Assembly (NCBI GenBank): GCA_008632985.1
Contig: QPGO01000326.1
Span: 1-53,583, forward strand
Origin: Psammoneis japonica
Taxonomy: Eukaryota
DNA length: 53,583 nucleotides
Reading direction: 5' to 3'
Made by a program: the position numbers and the translations under genes. The notes below the pieces were generated by a model that ran no database searches, had not been told where the DNA came from, and saw only the letters and a program-made list of their open reading frames with translations. This document shows positions 11,579-24,741 of the stretch, piece after piece. Within the stretch, counting starts at the first letter, position 1, and each line of letters begins with the position of its first letter.

Positions 11579-13010
11579 TTAGAGCTCGTCTTGCTCCCAG
11601 TTCTCGTCTCCATATCTTGGCCCTTGCCACCGTGTGTGAATAAATGGGTTTTCAAACCTTCCCCAATTCTCAAATTCCCACCACTGTTTCTCGGGAGAAA
11701 CGCCCAGACGGTGCCACTACATAGCAGAAGTTTGAGAAAGTAAATTAGCGTGCATAATACGCCCCACCGGACAAAAAGACATGATTCCTGCACGTACCTG
11801 CGTAAATGTGCTTTTGCTTCCCGAATTACCGGACAGGCAGCATGAAGAGCCATATTGGGATTGGGCTGGTATTCAAAGTACAACAAATCTCCCGGATTGG
11901 GTTGAAAGCGCATGGGATTATTCCCATACGGAAACACAGTGCCACCACCCTCCTCTGCGGTTTCACAGTAAATCAAAGTCGTAGCCACTCGGTCTCCCAA
12001 CTTGTATCCACTCCCGTCCGTGTGGGGTTTGTACTCGTAGCCCTTGATGTAGTGTAAAAAGTTAATGGGTTCTTGTCCTTCGTACGGAACGCGCTTTTGC
12101 AAAAGCTCACTCGCCACGTCAAACGTAGCGGCAGCCGTGCGACTGTAAATGTCGTCGGTATCCCAGTCGATAAACTGCGTAGCGAAGAAAAACAAAACCA
12201 CAACATATGAGTAACAACTACAATAGTGAGACTGACTGGTCTCTTCTTTCTCTGACGCACCACGTTATCCGTAAGGGTCTCGCGACTTTCACTCGTTTCA
12301 GTCTTTCCAACGCCACCGACCGTTGCTATTGACAGATTCTCCTTGACGTCCTTCATGAGATCAGCGCAGCCTTCTTGAGAAACAAAGCCACGAATGGTGG
12401 CAACTTTTGGTTCCTCTCGCAAAATTTCGATAGTGTGTCCCAATTTGCTCTGGATTTCTCGGAGCGCTTCCGCCGGAGCCTGGTGATTGCACAGACTCCA
12501 ATAGGTCTGTGTATCCCAGAGCCGATGAAATGCCCCTTTCACAAATCCTATGGGCATTCCCCCAAAGGTATGCTCCGACAAACAATTTTCAAAGGAAGAA
12601 TCATCTTTCAGTTCCTGACTGACGCAACGGTGAGCAGCGGCAGAAAGCTCTACCTGCAAATCGTTGGTATCGTAAAGAACAATGCCACCATTTTCGTTGC
12701 TATCGTCCAGCACGAGCACTGCATATCGCTGAGTTCCTGGTGGAAGTGTTTCCGAGTACGGCTCATTATCATCATCATGACTCTTCCGTAGTTTCACCGC
12801 AGCTTCTTCAAAGGAGGCTTTTCTGCCAATCGAAAACGTCAAGGTATCACCCGCAGGAATAGTTGCCTCTTGCGGTTCCATCAGTTCCACCGAATGAGAG
12901 AGTCTATTCGATACAACTAGCTCGGCGGCGAGAGAAGCTTGGAAACAAGCGAACAACAACAGCGCCGCCGTCATTCTTTGCGACGGCGGTCTCGTCATGG
13001 TTGATGGCAT
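11579..13010 (-). CDS. ER-resident prolyl 4-hydroxylase-like 2OG-Fe(II) oxygenase
   Basis: Signal peptide (LLLFACFQASLA); YEYKPHTD, RVATTLIY, GGGTVFP, LHAACPV motifs; introns 12175-12260 and 11717-11797; last exon ends WEQDEL-stop. One G is missing near 11821 (restoring it gives GSKSTFTQ|W). Confidence 0.82.
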
Positions 13011-16000
13011 TTTTTGCACCTCTGCCAGGAAGCGCTCCACTCCCCAGCGTTCATTAGATAGAAGGTCTTCGTAAATGGATACTTTAATATGATGTAGAAT
13101 CTTTATCTGGAACGCTGGGGAGTGAAAAGAGCGTGGGGCGCGATCGCTTGAAAACAAAAGACACCGGAGCTCGAAGCTCGTGGCTGGCCGTCACCTCTGA
13201 ACTGCCGTCAAAACGGGTGGATGGAGGATTCCATTCACCATCGACCATTTGGGTGCCCCTGGCTACTTCGCTCACCGCCTCCTGTTCGGCGCCGACCAAG
13301 AACATCCGATCCCAGCCCCACCAGCTCCTCCCCCCTGGACCACCGAAACCTCCTTCCCCAACACCCCGCCGCCCACGCTGCACATGTCTGTGCCCAATCA
13401 TCGCCATCGGCCATCATCCCCGCCGCCACCGCCACTTGGCAAAACATCACAGCTGAATGATTTGGCTTGGCCTGTCATGCTTCCACTCCATCACAGTGGG
13501 GTCTTCAGAGCCCAAGCCTTGCCATCACCAAATCAATCGCTGGCCAACTGACCGCCTGCTCCACCAAACTGCAATCCGCCATCCCAACTCTCTAACCCCA
13601 GCTCGAAATCCATCGCCTTTCCCACCTGTGTGACTCAGTTCCACCCTTGATCTGCTTCTGCCCATCCCCCGCACCACTGGGTGATGTTGCACGTGAACTC
13701 CTCACGCATGCGTGCCACCAGGCAGCTCCCCTGACCATCAAAAAAGAGCGCCTGCACAAGTCTGCTGCGAAAGCCCAAAGTTTTTCCACTTGTGGACAGC
13801 AGGGGTTTCCTTTGTTTGGCATGTTCCAATGTGGTTTGGGGGGGGGGGTTCACCTGAGGTGGGTCAATTGCAGCAGCGCAGGCTGTGGGAGTGCTCAAAA
13901 AGGACCGCGATTTCCCCCATTGTTGTCCAGGAAGCAACTCATCTGGCCTGCTCCAAGATGTTGCCATCACCCTTTCAACCCCAGAGTGTTGCCATCTCTG
14001 GCAAAGTCAGGTCTGAGATTGTTCTTGTTGCCTTCATCTGCTTTGGCGGTGCCACACAATGTGCCACAGAGCAGAAAATGTGCAAATGGCAACCAGGAGC
14101 AGATTGCACATTCTGATGGCAGAGTGGTCGTGGCACAAGCCCACATGCTTTTGATGTGAAAATCACCTGGTTGTTCTTGCAAATGAAATTTCTCCATGTT
14201 TCACAAATCAACTCAGTTTTGCTGGGCTCTTTCATCCATTCTCTTGCTGCCAGACAGCGCAAGCACCTCCTCATGCAATCTCGGACGGCGACACCAAGAA
14301 TGCCCAGGAGCGGCCTCTCCTCCAACGCACATCTTGGAGACCTGGCAAATCTGAAATTGTCTTTTGTTTTTCTGGAGCAAACCAAGTCAACATTCACAGT
14401 GAGGGGGTGCTCTGCATTGTGCTCACAATGTGGTTTTTCTCCTTCATCCACATTGCATGAGGTGTGCAAATGTTTGCCAGCACACTGATCAAAAGCATGG
14501 GGCTTCTTTTCTTTGCACACCACCACCACAAATTCTTTTGTGAGGGCCACACTTTAAATGCTGAGTGCACTTCATTGCATGTTGGCAACGGTGTTTGTGC
14601 ATGGAACATGAGTGCTCTTCATGGATCCACCAGCTCCGCCCCCCCCCAAGGATTTGATGTTTCAAGTGTGGGTCATCTTTGCTGCTGGAACACTTTTGTG
14701 TGTGCACTTGCTTGTTTTCTGTTGTGTGTGTCTGGTCATTTCCCAGCAATGCCAGCAAAAAGAAGGTGGCCATGCTGCAAAGAAAAGGACATTTGTTGAG
14801 AGAACAGTTGGCTGTGGCACAATGGAGTGTGGCAGAGGATGACAAAAGCGAAGCTTGGAGCATGTTAAAATGCACTGGCCATCAATGTGAAGCAACACTC
14901 ATTGCCCCTCCCAGTGCACACAATGGCAAGAGAACCAACAGTTTCTTTTTGCAAGCACCAACCATCATTGTTGCCTGTGGGTTGTCCTTGGCACACTCAC
15001 CAGAGCTGCTCTCCACTGGAGCAATTTCACAAAAAGACAATTGCAATGACAACTGCACATGCAATCATCAAGAAACCATGCTTTTGAGGACAATGGTGAG
15101 AAGAAGTGGCTGCAGAATTGATGGCACAAGGACACCACCAGAGAGCTGTGTTTGCTTTCCATCTTCTGGTCTGCAAAAGCAACCATCATGGTGGGGGATG
15201 TGGAGCCATTTGCAATTTCTTTGCAGCTGCAACTGCACATGCTGCCACCTGGTGGAGCACCCTCAAGGCACTGCAAATGAAAAGATTTGCAGGCATCAGG
15301 GCATCTGTCTGGGGAATTGACAATGACGACATGAGTGGGAATGTTGTTGCAGGAGGGAGGGCAGTCAACTTGAGTCTTGCAGAGAGCAACTGGAAAAGGG
15401 CTTGGAAGCCCAGCTGGAACCACACGAGCATTGTTGGATGGATGTTCCGTGGCAGTCTTTAGATGACAAGTGGCAGCTGGCTGCCACAAAGGGCAGTGTT
15501 GCCTTGTGGGGCACAAAGAAGAACAACCCAACCTTCTGGCAGATGGTTTCACAAGTTGCTTCAAAGCAGTCAATTGGGCCAGCTTCTGGGAACAAAAAGA
15601 CACAGCTGGCGGCCACTTTCAGCAAGCTTGGGCATTTGAGCAGGAGTGGGCGAAGGAGCTGTCATCAGAGAAAGGACACAGAGTGATGCTGGAGCACTTG
15701 AGCATGGTCCTGGGACACACTTTCTCACCAGCAAGTTCACATTTCACACCACTGCCCAAGCACCTGTTCTTGTTGGTGTCCCTCCCTGACAATTTGCTCA
15801 CCTCACAACAAGAGCCAGAGGCCAACACAATGTTGCCACAGTGACCCTCCAGGCTGCAGATGTGATGGCAGAGAGCTTCATCTTCATGGGCATGCAAGAT
15901 GGCGACAGGCACTCTGCAGCTGCACACAGGCATCACACATGCCCACCAGCTGTTGCGTCACTCTGTGTGGCACTCTGCTGACAGCCCCCATTTTCACATG

Positions 16001-16072
16001 TTTGACACAAATGACAACGGCAAATGAGCCATGAGAACAGCTGCTGCTCTTGCTGCTCCAACACACAGCTGC

Positions 16073-16074
<2 letters not shown>

Positions 16075-16123
<49 letters not shown>

Positions 16124-16143
16124 AAGAGAGAGAGAGAGAGAGA
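16075..16143. repeat. (GA)n microsatellite
   Basis: Nearly pure GA run. Confidence 0.97.
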
Positions 16144-17565
16144 TGTCATTTGTTCAAGAGAGAGAAGCAAAACAACATCAAACTCCTCATCTGCTTTAGT
16201 CAGCAAGCCAGATCTCCTTGAGTGATTCATTGAGATGATGTCACCACAGAGCTCCACTCATTCTGCTGAGGGGTCTGCAATGTGTGAGATGGCCGAGTCA
16301 TGCAAGAAGCAAACAATGATTGCATTTCTTCCATGGCCCTGCTTGTCTCACTGTTTCTGAAAGCAGCAAAAATCACAAACCAGCAACCTCAAAACATGGC
16401 CTTCAAGGCCTTCAATTTCTTCCTCACAACTGTTCTTGTGACTTCCAGCACTTTTTGCTTCTGTCCCAGCACACACTCTCTGCACTTCACCACTCAATGA
16501 CAGTTGATCATGTGGGACAATGACAGTTGCAAGAGCACCAAGAGAAGGACATGGTTGAAATCTGACAATGAGAACACAAGGGGTGGATGCAAAAAGAACA
16601 GTCCGTGTCCACTCTGGGGCCAGGGTTGGGACTCAACTGGGCTCTGGAACAAAACCTCAAATGGAAAACTTGGGGACAAATGTGCTGTTCCAGGCCTCAG
16701 CTGGAATGTTTTGTTGCTGCAACTTTTGCACAAATTGGGTTGTGGCAAGTCATCACAAATCAATCTGTTGTTGCAGGTTTTTGTCTTCTTGCACTCCAAA
16801 CTCAAGCACAGGCTTTGACTTGGAACAACCAAAGAGACCGTGGCATTGTTCTTGGCTCAGCCACTGCACCCAACAAGTCCTTGACCGGCTCTGCCCACTG
16901 ATGATGTTTGTTGCTCCATCATTTGCCTGGAAGTGCTTGTGCATGATTGTGCACCACTGCCTCATTTTTGCTGAGCTTGTGAGCAGCAAACTTGCTCTCC
17001 CCATCTTGGCTCTGAAAACAGGCCCATGAAAAAGTGTGCCCATCAAAAGCTGATGATGGCAGTTGTCATGTTGCTTCAATGCCTTTTGATGATGGCAGCC
17101 TCTGAATGCAGCACAACATGTTGGCCTGTGTTGCTCACATGTGACTTCTCTTGTCACTGTGTGATGTTTGTGGACAGCTTCTTGTGTGGGGCACTTTGTG
17201 ATGCTCTCACCTCCTCTTGCCTGCAAAATGCAAAACAACACATGCTTTTCTTGATTTGTTGGAACCAGGACTGCTGAATGTGTGAGATGATGAGGCTCAC
17301 TTGCGCCGACCAGTTTTTCCACCACAAACAATGCAGCAGGTCAAAAATCCCTCAGATGCAAAGAAGAGAGCATTTTTTGAGAGAAGTTCCTTTCAACGGA
17401 TGTTTGTGACGCGGTGAACGCAACAGCAGACATGCACACCGTACAGAGAACCGTGCGAGCTGGCGGGCGGCCTTTTTTCGTCAAGCCTTGTTGATGCGAT
17501 GCCGCCTGCATGCCGTGCTCCAGTGTGTTGTTGCTTGTCTCGTCATTTTGGAATTTTGCAACACC

Positions 17566-18344
17566 ATGGCTGACAACGAGAACAATGATGGCACGGCTGC
17601 TCCCAATGAAGTCGCCGCCGCCGCCGCCACAAACACAACCGCATGGTCATCTCCCATGTGCATGCGTGTTTGTGTCATTCCAAGCAAAGAAATGTTCCCT
17701 TGTGATTTTTTTGAGTGCAGCACAGTCGATCACATGAAATTCGGCAGCAAAGCACTGCTTCACAACGGCGCTCTTGTCCACTTTGACACAACAAAATGCC
17801 CGCCTGCTCCCCCTGGAATCAAGGGTTGTTCCAAATGTGACACAACCTGTCATCGCCTCGTTTAAGACATTTGCTCATTGGCGGCCCAGGGTGGGTTTGA
17901 GATCGTGGCAAATGGCGGTGGCCGCATCTTGTGCTCATTCTACAAGATCCACCGTCCCGACAGTGCACGCCAAGTGTCGCACCGCAGGCCTCGGAGTCGC
18001 AAAAGCACAAGAGCCCGGGGCTGGAAGTGCATGTGTGGTTGGGGCCTTGCAGTTCGTTGCAACTCCTTTGGGTGCTTCTTCAAGTGTGACACCAGTCAAG
18101 GCATCCATTGCAACCATCTCAAGCGTCCTCTACAAGAAATTGTCGCAATGAAAACACGTGTCCCTGCTGTCGGTCCCCAAAACATTCGCCATGTGTTGGG
18201 CCCCAAGTTGGACACACTGCACTCGCTTTGTGAATCGCAAGACATTGAGCGGGTGGAAATGCCGGACTTGAAAACCCTTGTCAAGTCTGTGGACGATCTC
18301 ATTTCAGAAATCCAGGGCAAACTGGATGATCTTGAGCCGTCCTT

Positions 18345-18375
<31 letters not shown>

Positions 18376-18501
18376 CAACAACACAACAACATCCACAAAA
18401 TGGCAGCAGCAACAGTCAACCTCAACCACAGTGGTGCCCATTCGCACACGGATGACATCCGCGTGTTTGCATGCACAGCAGGTCAGAGCTGTCCAAGGTG
18501 A
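17566..18501 (+). pseudogene. FAR1/MULE-like (WRKY-GCM1 zinc-finger) domain pseudogene with polyQ
   Basis: ORFs 17488-17865 and 17878-18501 share a frame, split by TAA 17863-17865; GGFEIV...ILC...RKSTR...KCMCGW...HCNH resembles the FAR1 DNA-binding domain; CAG/CAA run near 18346-18382. Confidence 0.45.
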
Positions 18502-20888
18502 ACAGCATGCAGCACTCTCTCATTGAACAGAGCTGCAATCCACACAACATGAACAAAGCGTCATTTCCACTCGCAGCACAATGCTGCACCTCTGTGCAGG
18601 CCTGCTGCATCATGAATCTGTGACTCGAGCCTCTCTGCTGCACTCTGGCAAGAGCTCTGTAAAGTCGCATGCATTGTGCACACTCACAGTTGCAATTGGC
18701 ATTTGCGCTTCATCGTCCTCGGAGGCTTCGGTGAACTCACGTGAGAAATGTGGATTCCGACTGGCAGGGAATTCCAGACCTCAGGTCACCAATTGCAGAC
18801 CTCCCAAGCCGGGAGTGGTCACCAATGATCCCGACAACAGCAAGCAGCACCAAGAATCGCAAGCAATGTGCGCCATTGTTGGTTCACCTGAGCAGTTAGT
18901 TTCCATTGCTGTTGACATCACCTTTGTGCTTTCCATCACTTCACCCACATCCATGTGTCTGCAAACTGCTTGGCCCTCTTTTTACAAATTCCAAAGTGCT
19001 TGCTGAGCACTGCATCTTCCCCAGTTGTGAGCGGCCCAATTGTCTGCACTGGGCTGTTGCAAGAGATTCTTGATTCCCCACTTTGTCAAGAGCTTCTTTG
19101 TTCTCATGGCTTCCAACAATCCTGGGCCAAGTGTGTGCATTGTTCCAAACTGCTTTGGTGCTGGCCAGTGTTTTGTTGGTGGAGCAGCACAGGCAGTTGT
19201 GGAAGCCTTGATTGGCACACCCATGAGTTTTGTCACAAAGGTCTTGTGTCTGACTCAGCAAACATGATGACATGCAAGTGAGATTCCAGCACAGCCTGCA
19301 CTTTCCTTTGCGGAAGAGCTGGGAGAGATTGTGGGCTTGTTTTCTTCCAAAATTGCAGCTGCGCTCTCCCCACAGGCATTTGTGATCCATTTGCAACTCT
19401 TGGGTGGCTGACCAGCCCCCTCCTTTGTTGCCTCTGCACTCTCCTGTTGCCAGCAATGATGCAAAGAGAAATTGTCATTGCAAGCAAACACCAAAACTTG
19501 CACCAAAACAGTGAAGAACTCCACTGGGATCCTTCTTCTTGTTTGTTCTTGGGACACTTGCACAAAGGGACTTGTTTGTGAGCATGAGATGACTCACATT
19601 GATGCAGAGATGATGTTGTGAGCATGGCTCATTTGGCTGTCAAAACACTTTTGTGCACACATGCTCCTGCAATGATGGCTTGCATCTTTCCTGCCAGCAA
19701 CACACTCAAAAGAAAAGCAACGGCTTTCTGGGTCAGGCAGTGGAGGGGGAGAGCAAAACATGGCACACAGCTGCATCGTGGTTTTGAGCAAAGGAGGGAA
19801 GATGCTTGGGGACAATGAATCCTAGATCCCAAATGCCTGGTGTCTGAAAGTGGAAGGCCGGACTCCATTTCAGTGGGTGACTGAATTTTTTGATGGAAAG
19901 AAAGCTGGATTGCGGCGATCGCATCAAATCTGTCATTTGCAAAAATCTTGCACCCCTCTCTCCACAGGGCAGGGCACCAGTGCAAACATCAGTGCATTCA
20001 TGTGATGACAGGTGCTTCTCCTCAAAATCAGGTGTGGACCACAGTTTGTGTCATGATTGCAGCGCCGTTGCTGGGCTGGGTGTCATGGCACAACAAGGTG
20101 CGGGGAATGATGAGAGTGGCCACAATGATGAGCCCCCCCGGCATGTCGCACTTGCTGTCCAGAATGTGCAGTTCTTGTTGCATTTGGTTTGGAAGGAGGA
20201 AGGATGTGGGTCACATGACACCAATGTCAGTTGATCCAAAACATCTCTCCCAGGCCCTCCAATCTGCACAGAATTTGTTGATGGGTTGCCGCGGTGGCAT
20301 GCTGGGTCAACTCCATTTTTTTTGTCAGCCCTTCTCTGGTGGAGAATGCTGCCACCTGGGAAAGAACCTGTTGCTGGCATTGCTCCACAGGGAGCACAGT
20401 CCAGAGAGAGAGTTTTAGGCCGATCTGCAAACGACATTTTAAAGACATTGCACAGCGGCACCCCCAGCCCAGCGGCGCGCGAGGACTGTTGTGGCGGTCT
20501 CAGCTTCTCTGTCTCTCTGTGTGTTGCAAGAGAAAAATTGCGCCCTCTGCTGGTGGTGGTCAGAGAAGAAAAGGAGCACCGTTGACCTCTCTGCTGGGGC
20601 CCAGCTGCTCTAGAGAGTGAGAGCTGCTCTACTCTACTAGCAGCTGGCTGCTCTAGAGCAGTAGAGAGTGCCAGCAGATGCGTGCGGATGCGCCCAACTA
20701 AAAAATTGGAGGCGGATTCAGCCGTGCCATCTTACGCCCCTACGTCACGATCCACGATTGAATCTCCCCAAGAATATTTTGCAAAAAAAGGAAAAAAGTG
20801 GGTTCGCACAATCTATTTTGGCTTGACGCCTCCTTTTCGCTGTTCTCGACATACAAGTATTGCTTCTTCTCAACAGCATGGCAAGATA

Positions 20889-22049
20889 ATGCTGTTATCA
20901 CTGTATTTAGGTTTCTTGTTCATGTTGCAGGTCGCCACTCCTGTCTCGGCCTTTTTGCAAATAGGTGTTGCTCGCACAGTAAGTTTGTGCACTGCATTGC
21001 ATCATGATCGTCGAGCTCTTGGCCTGGACGCCGCGGCTCGACAGGGCATGGGGTACGAGGGTGAAAGTGGCGATCCCAACACTCTAACTACCAATCCTGA
21101 GCGGCCCGTTGTCGTATTTGGTGGCGGGGGAAAGACGGGCCGAATCATTACACAGATATTGGCCGATCAGAAGCATCACGTCAGGGCGGTGACTCGAACG
21201 AAAGAAAAGAAAAAATTACTCGAATCGGCCGTTCCCAACCCTGCTTCGCCGTACTTGTCGTACGCTGTCGCAGATGTTACAATTTATGATGACGTCCTTA
21301 GTGTGTTGCAACAAGGAGCGGCCGGGGTTATTTGGGCCGCCACTTGTTCAGGAAAGAAAAAGGGCGGCGGAGATGCTGCCGAGGTGGATTTCATGGGAGC
21401 CTTCCACGCCGCCAAGGCGTGTTTGGCATGTTGTGTTCCAAAACTAGCCTTTATTAGTGCTGGATGTGTTACGCGCCCCAACTCACTCGGTTCCAAGGCA
21501 GTAAACTTTCTGACACATTGGACCTACGGTGACACCCCTTGGGTTGACGCAAAGGTGGCGGGTGAAACAGCCGTCCGAGACTTGTATAGGGCAAGCAGCA
21601 ACAAAAAGAGCAATGAGAATACCGCCTATGTGATAATTCGACCGGCGGCAGCTCTTTCCGACAAAGCGCCGAATCCGGTGAAAGAGTTGCTTGTTATGCA
21701 AGGTGATGTCTACTCGTCGGCAGAGACCATTTCTCGTACCAATGTCGCCAACCTCGTTATCAGCGCTTTATTCAAAGGTAAAGCGACTGACTTTGTTACT
21801 TTTGAAGTGGCCCCTGCAGCTCACCTGTACAAGAATGATGAAGGGAACTTGTTCGATTTGTTGAATCTTCCCACGAGGCACCAAACGGCCATTCCAGACT
21901 TGCCCAAATCACTCGTGCATGCCAACGCTCTAACCTACTCGGAACTCTTGGATGGACTCGTGACGGATGAGGATATGCAGAATCAATACAGTTCCATCGT
22001 CAGTGACTATCGTGGAGAAGGAGTTCCGTCAGTGCAAGAATTCGCATGA
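20889..22049 (+). CDS. Plastid-targeted NAD(P)-binding Rossmann-fold protein (atypical SDR/TIC62-like)
   Basis: Signal peptide ending VSA-F; VVVFGGGGKTG, AYVIIRP, ISRTNVA motifs; intact ORF. Confidence 0.85.
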   Translation: MLLSLYLGFLFMLQVATPVSAFLQIGVARTVSLCTALHHDRRALGLDAAARQGMGYEGESGDPNTLTTNPERPVVVFGGGGKTGRIITQILADQKHHVRAVTRTKEKKKLLESAVPNPASPYLSYAVADVTIYDDVLSVLQQGAAGVIWAATCSGKKKGGGDAAEVDFMGAFHAAKACLACCVPKLAFISAGCVTRPNSLGSKAVNFLTHWTYGDTPWVDAKVAGETAVRDLYRASSNKKSNENTAYVIIRPAAALSDKAPNPVKELLVMQGDVYSSAETISRTNVANLVISALFKGKATDFVTFEVAPAAHLYKNDEGNLFDLLNLPTRHQTAIPDLPKSLVHANALTYSELLDGLVTDEDMQNQYSSIVSDYRGEGVPSVQEFA

Positions 22050-22190
22050 CTATTTAAGAATCACAGGCAAAACTAGCAATAGCTCTCTAATAGATTACTC
22101 ACGCTTTTACGAAATCATGACATAAACTGGTAAACAAGCACATTTCTTTGTTTCGATTCTGAGAGATTGAGTGGAACATACTTTTTTTGG

Positions 22191-24366
22191 CTAATGCTGA
22201 TGTTCTCCTTCCACCCACCGTGTCTTGATGTTGCGGACTGCGTTATCGAAAATTTCAGCCAAAACTTCGAACGGATTTCTCTTAGAAGACTTTTGCATCT
22301 TTTCTTTATCATATCTTCTGCTGCGCTAGCTCCTAGCTCTCGCATCAACGTTTTACCAGAAAGAAAGCTAAAGAAGTTGTATCCCAATAGAAGCTGGGCC
22401 GTAATCATTGCCCCATTCATTGCACCCGCCCACCCGGCAAAACACACATCCTGGCCGGTGAAGTAAAGACCTGGAATGGCGCAATCGGGTCGAATGATTT
22501 GAGACGTCAAGCGACGTGGACTGTGTCGGAGCCCAAGCGTCACCATGCGGTGCGTATAGTCGAGCAACGAGAGAGGCGTGCCAATTTCAACCACGTCACA
22601 TGCGGCTCGAGATGTGGAAAGCAACGCAGCAGCCCGCGCATCATTTTCCGCTCCACCAGCTTCTTCGCGGCTTCGTACTCTGCCTCTCGCACGGGCCTCA
22701 CCTTTCCCGCATGTGGTTTTGCTCCCATGAAATATGCATCTTGATTCACAAACTTTTCAAAGTCTTCTGTTTTGCTTCTGCAAAGATAATCACTGTCGTT
22801 TTACCTGGCATTGTCATGTTGGAATAGAAAGGATCTTTGGCCGTGACAAAGACCCACCCCATGGACACATCCAAAACGTTCGGGTCCAACAAGGTATCGC
22901 GATAATAATCTTGTATAAAAGTTGCGTTCATATTTCGGCTTGTCTCATTCCACGGCAGATAGTAGAAGCTGCTGGAGCGCAGACCCAGCTCCTCGGCTGA
23001 AGCATTCAAGCCAACAAATCCAAAGCAGTGACTGATGCCCCTTCACCCGCGGCCTTGACTCTTCATATAGTTTCCGCAAAGGAGCTTGCGGGCCCTGTAC
23101 CAAGGTTTGAGGAAGGAGGTGTTCCAGTGTATTGTCCATACCCGCGTCACTCACAATGCCGCGTTTGGCATAGAGACATCACCGCCGAGTTGGACTCCCA
23201 CTGCCTTACCATTTTCAATCAAGATTTCCCGTACAGGAGCCTTGACCAAAACGTCTCCTCCTCCATTGCGAATGGTTGGTACCAAACCACGAGCCAACTG
23301 TGCCGGGCCCGACTCTGGATAGTAGCAACCCTCAATGACGTGTCCCATGACGGCTGCCTGCATGGCAAACGAGCCATCGCCCAAGGATTCTCCCAAGTCA
23401 CCTGCAAAGAGAGAAAGGACCGTATGTAACCGCCCATCCATTGTGAGAGGTAACAGAATCTCTTCGGTTGACCTGGAAGCGGTATGAATGTAGCTGCTGC
23501 ACAAGATTTGGCTCAAGATCCACTGGAGCCATCGAGGGCAAATCTTGATGGCTGAAAAGATACCCGATTGCCACTTTGCCTTTTCCATGTAAGATAGAAA
23601 CGTGTCAATCGCATCTGTTTCATTGGTAAAGACCGACAATAATTCTTGGCGGTTCTTTCCATCCTTCTCGAACGTGCAGTATTGGGAGATTTCCAACAGC
23701 CAAATCGTGGGAGCAGCATTCGGCGTGGTCGGCGGTTGTACAATTGCCAGAGCGGATAAACCGCAGTGGTGGGTCCGTCGGAGAAGCCACCATTTCGTAC
23801 ATGGGCTTCACGAGTGGCAAGTTGGCAATGTAATGCAAGCCTGGAACGAATTCGTACCCCTGGATTGTGAATTCGTGCTGCAAACCACCGGCTGTGTAGT
23901 GTTGTTCCAAAACTAGAGAGCTTTGATTGAATTTCGCCAGACAAGCTGCAAGCCAAAGACCACCAATACCACTTCCCACAACGATGAAGTCATATTCGGT
24001 TGAACTCTTATCATAGGTTGAGGTTGGAACTCGCTTTCTGGAATAGGCTCTGTGCAAGAGATCCGCATCGTGTACTTTCCAAGGATTCTTTGGAGGTCTT
24101 GCTTTTGTTGGAGGCGTTTCTGACACTGCGCTCCTGATGGATCCTTTATTCGCAACATCCGAAATTTGCTCTGGCTGAGATACCGGCAAAGCTCGCAAAG
24201 TAATTGGACAAAAGACGTGATGCATGGGTCTTGACATGGACTTGTGAAACGAGGTCGCTGATGTTCTTGCAAAAGCAAGGGACGTTCTGGGAGACACAAA
24301 AGAGGGAGGCCCAGCCACTGCATTAGTCGCTAGTAGCAGCCATAGAGAGAACGCAACAAGCATCAT
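22191..24366 (-). CDS. FAD-dependent oxidoreductase, retinol saturase/phytoene desaturase/CrtISO superfamily (several apparent 1-nt indels)
   Basis: Signal peptide; YDFIVVGSGIGGL, VLEQHYTAGG, PGLHYI, YYPESG, IPGLYFTGQDV..GWAGAMNG; homology continues across consecutive ORF fragments; 3' end approximate. Confidence 0.8.
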
Positions 24367-24727
24367 GTTGTGAATATTGTCATGACATCTATCGAGTGCA
24401 CAATTGTGTGTGTGTTTTTGTGTGCAAAACGCGAGAAACAAAGAAAAAAGGATGAGAACCCTATTCCCGCTCTTCGCGCGACTCATCCTTCTTCGATCTC
24501 ATTCATCGTGAAACTCAAAGGAATGTTTCCATGCTTTCCACTGTGCATGCACGGACGCTTCAACCACACGTTTTCATGGTGATGATTGCGATATAGGCTA
24601 GCGACGAAGCACCATCATGGTGACAAAAGGATGTCGCGACCGACGACGGATGAAATACCGTTATGGACTTTGGGCGTATGTGCGCTTTGGGTCTTCTTAC
24701 GTGACCGACGCACGCACGGACGTGACG

Positions 24728-24741
24728 CGTAGATTTCTACG
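24728..24741. promoter_or_regulatory. Palindromic motif CGTAGA-TT-TCTACG in a divergent intergenic region
   Basis: Identical to 2519-2532; lies between divergent starts at 24366 and 25164. Confidence 0.35.

Larger units (their letters stand above)
13200..20600. other. Large TpA- and CpG-depleted domain of decayed repeats/pseudogenes
   Basis: Long stretches lack TA; dense six-frame Cys/His-rich ORFs; individual elements mostly unrecognisable. Confidence 0.75.

Noticed and set aside
15994..16257. RE/SL-repeat ORFs
   Set aside because: Translations of the GA microsatellite.
13200..20600. The many Cys/His-rich ORFs as real metal-binding proteins
   Set aside because: They overlap in all six frames and follow from TG/CA excess and stop-codon loss.
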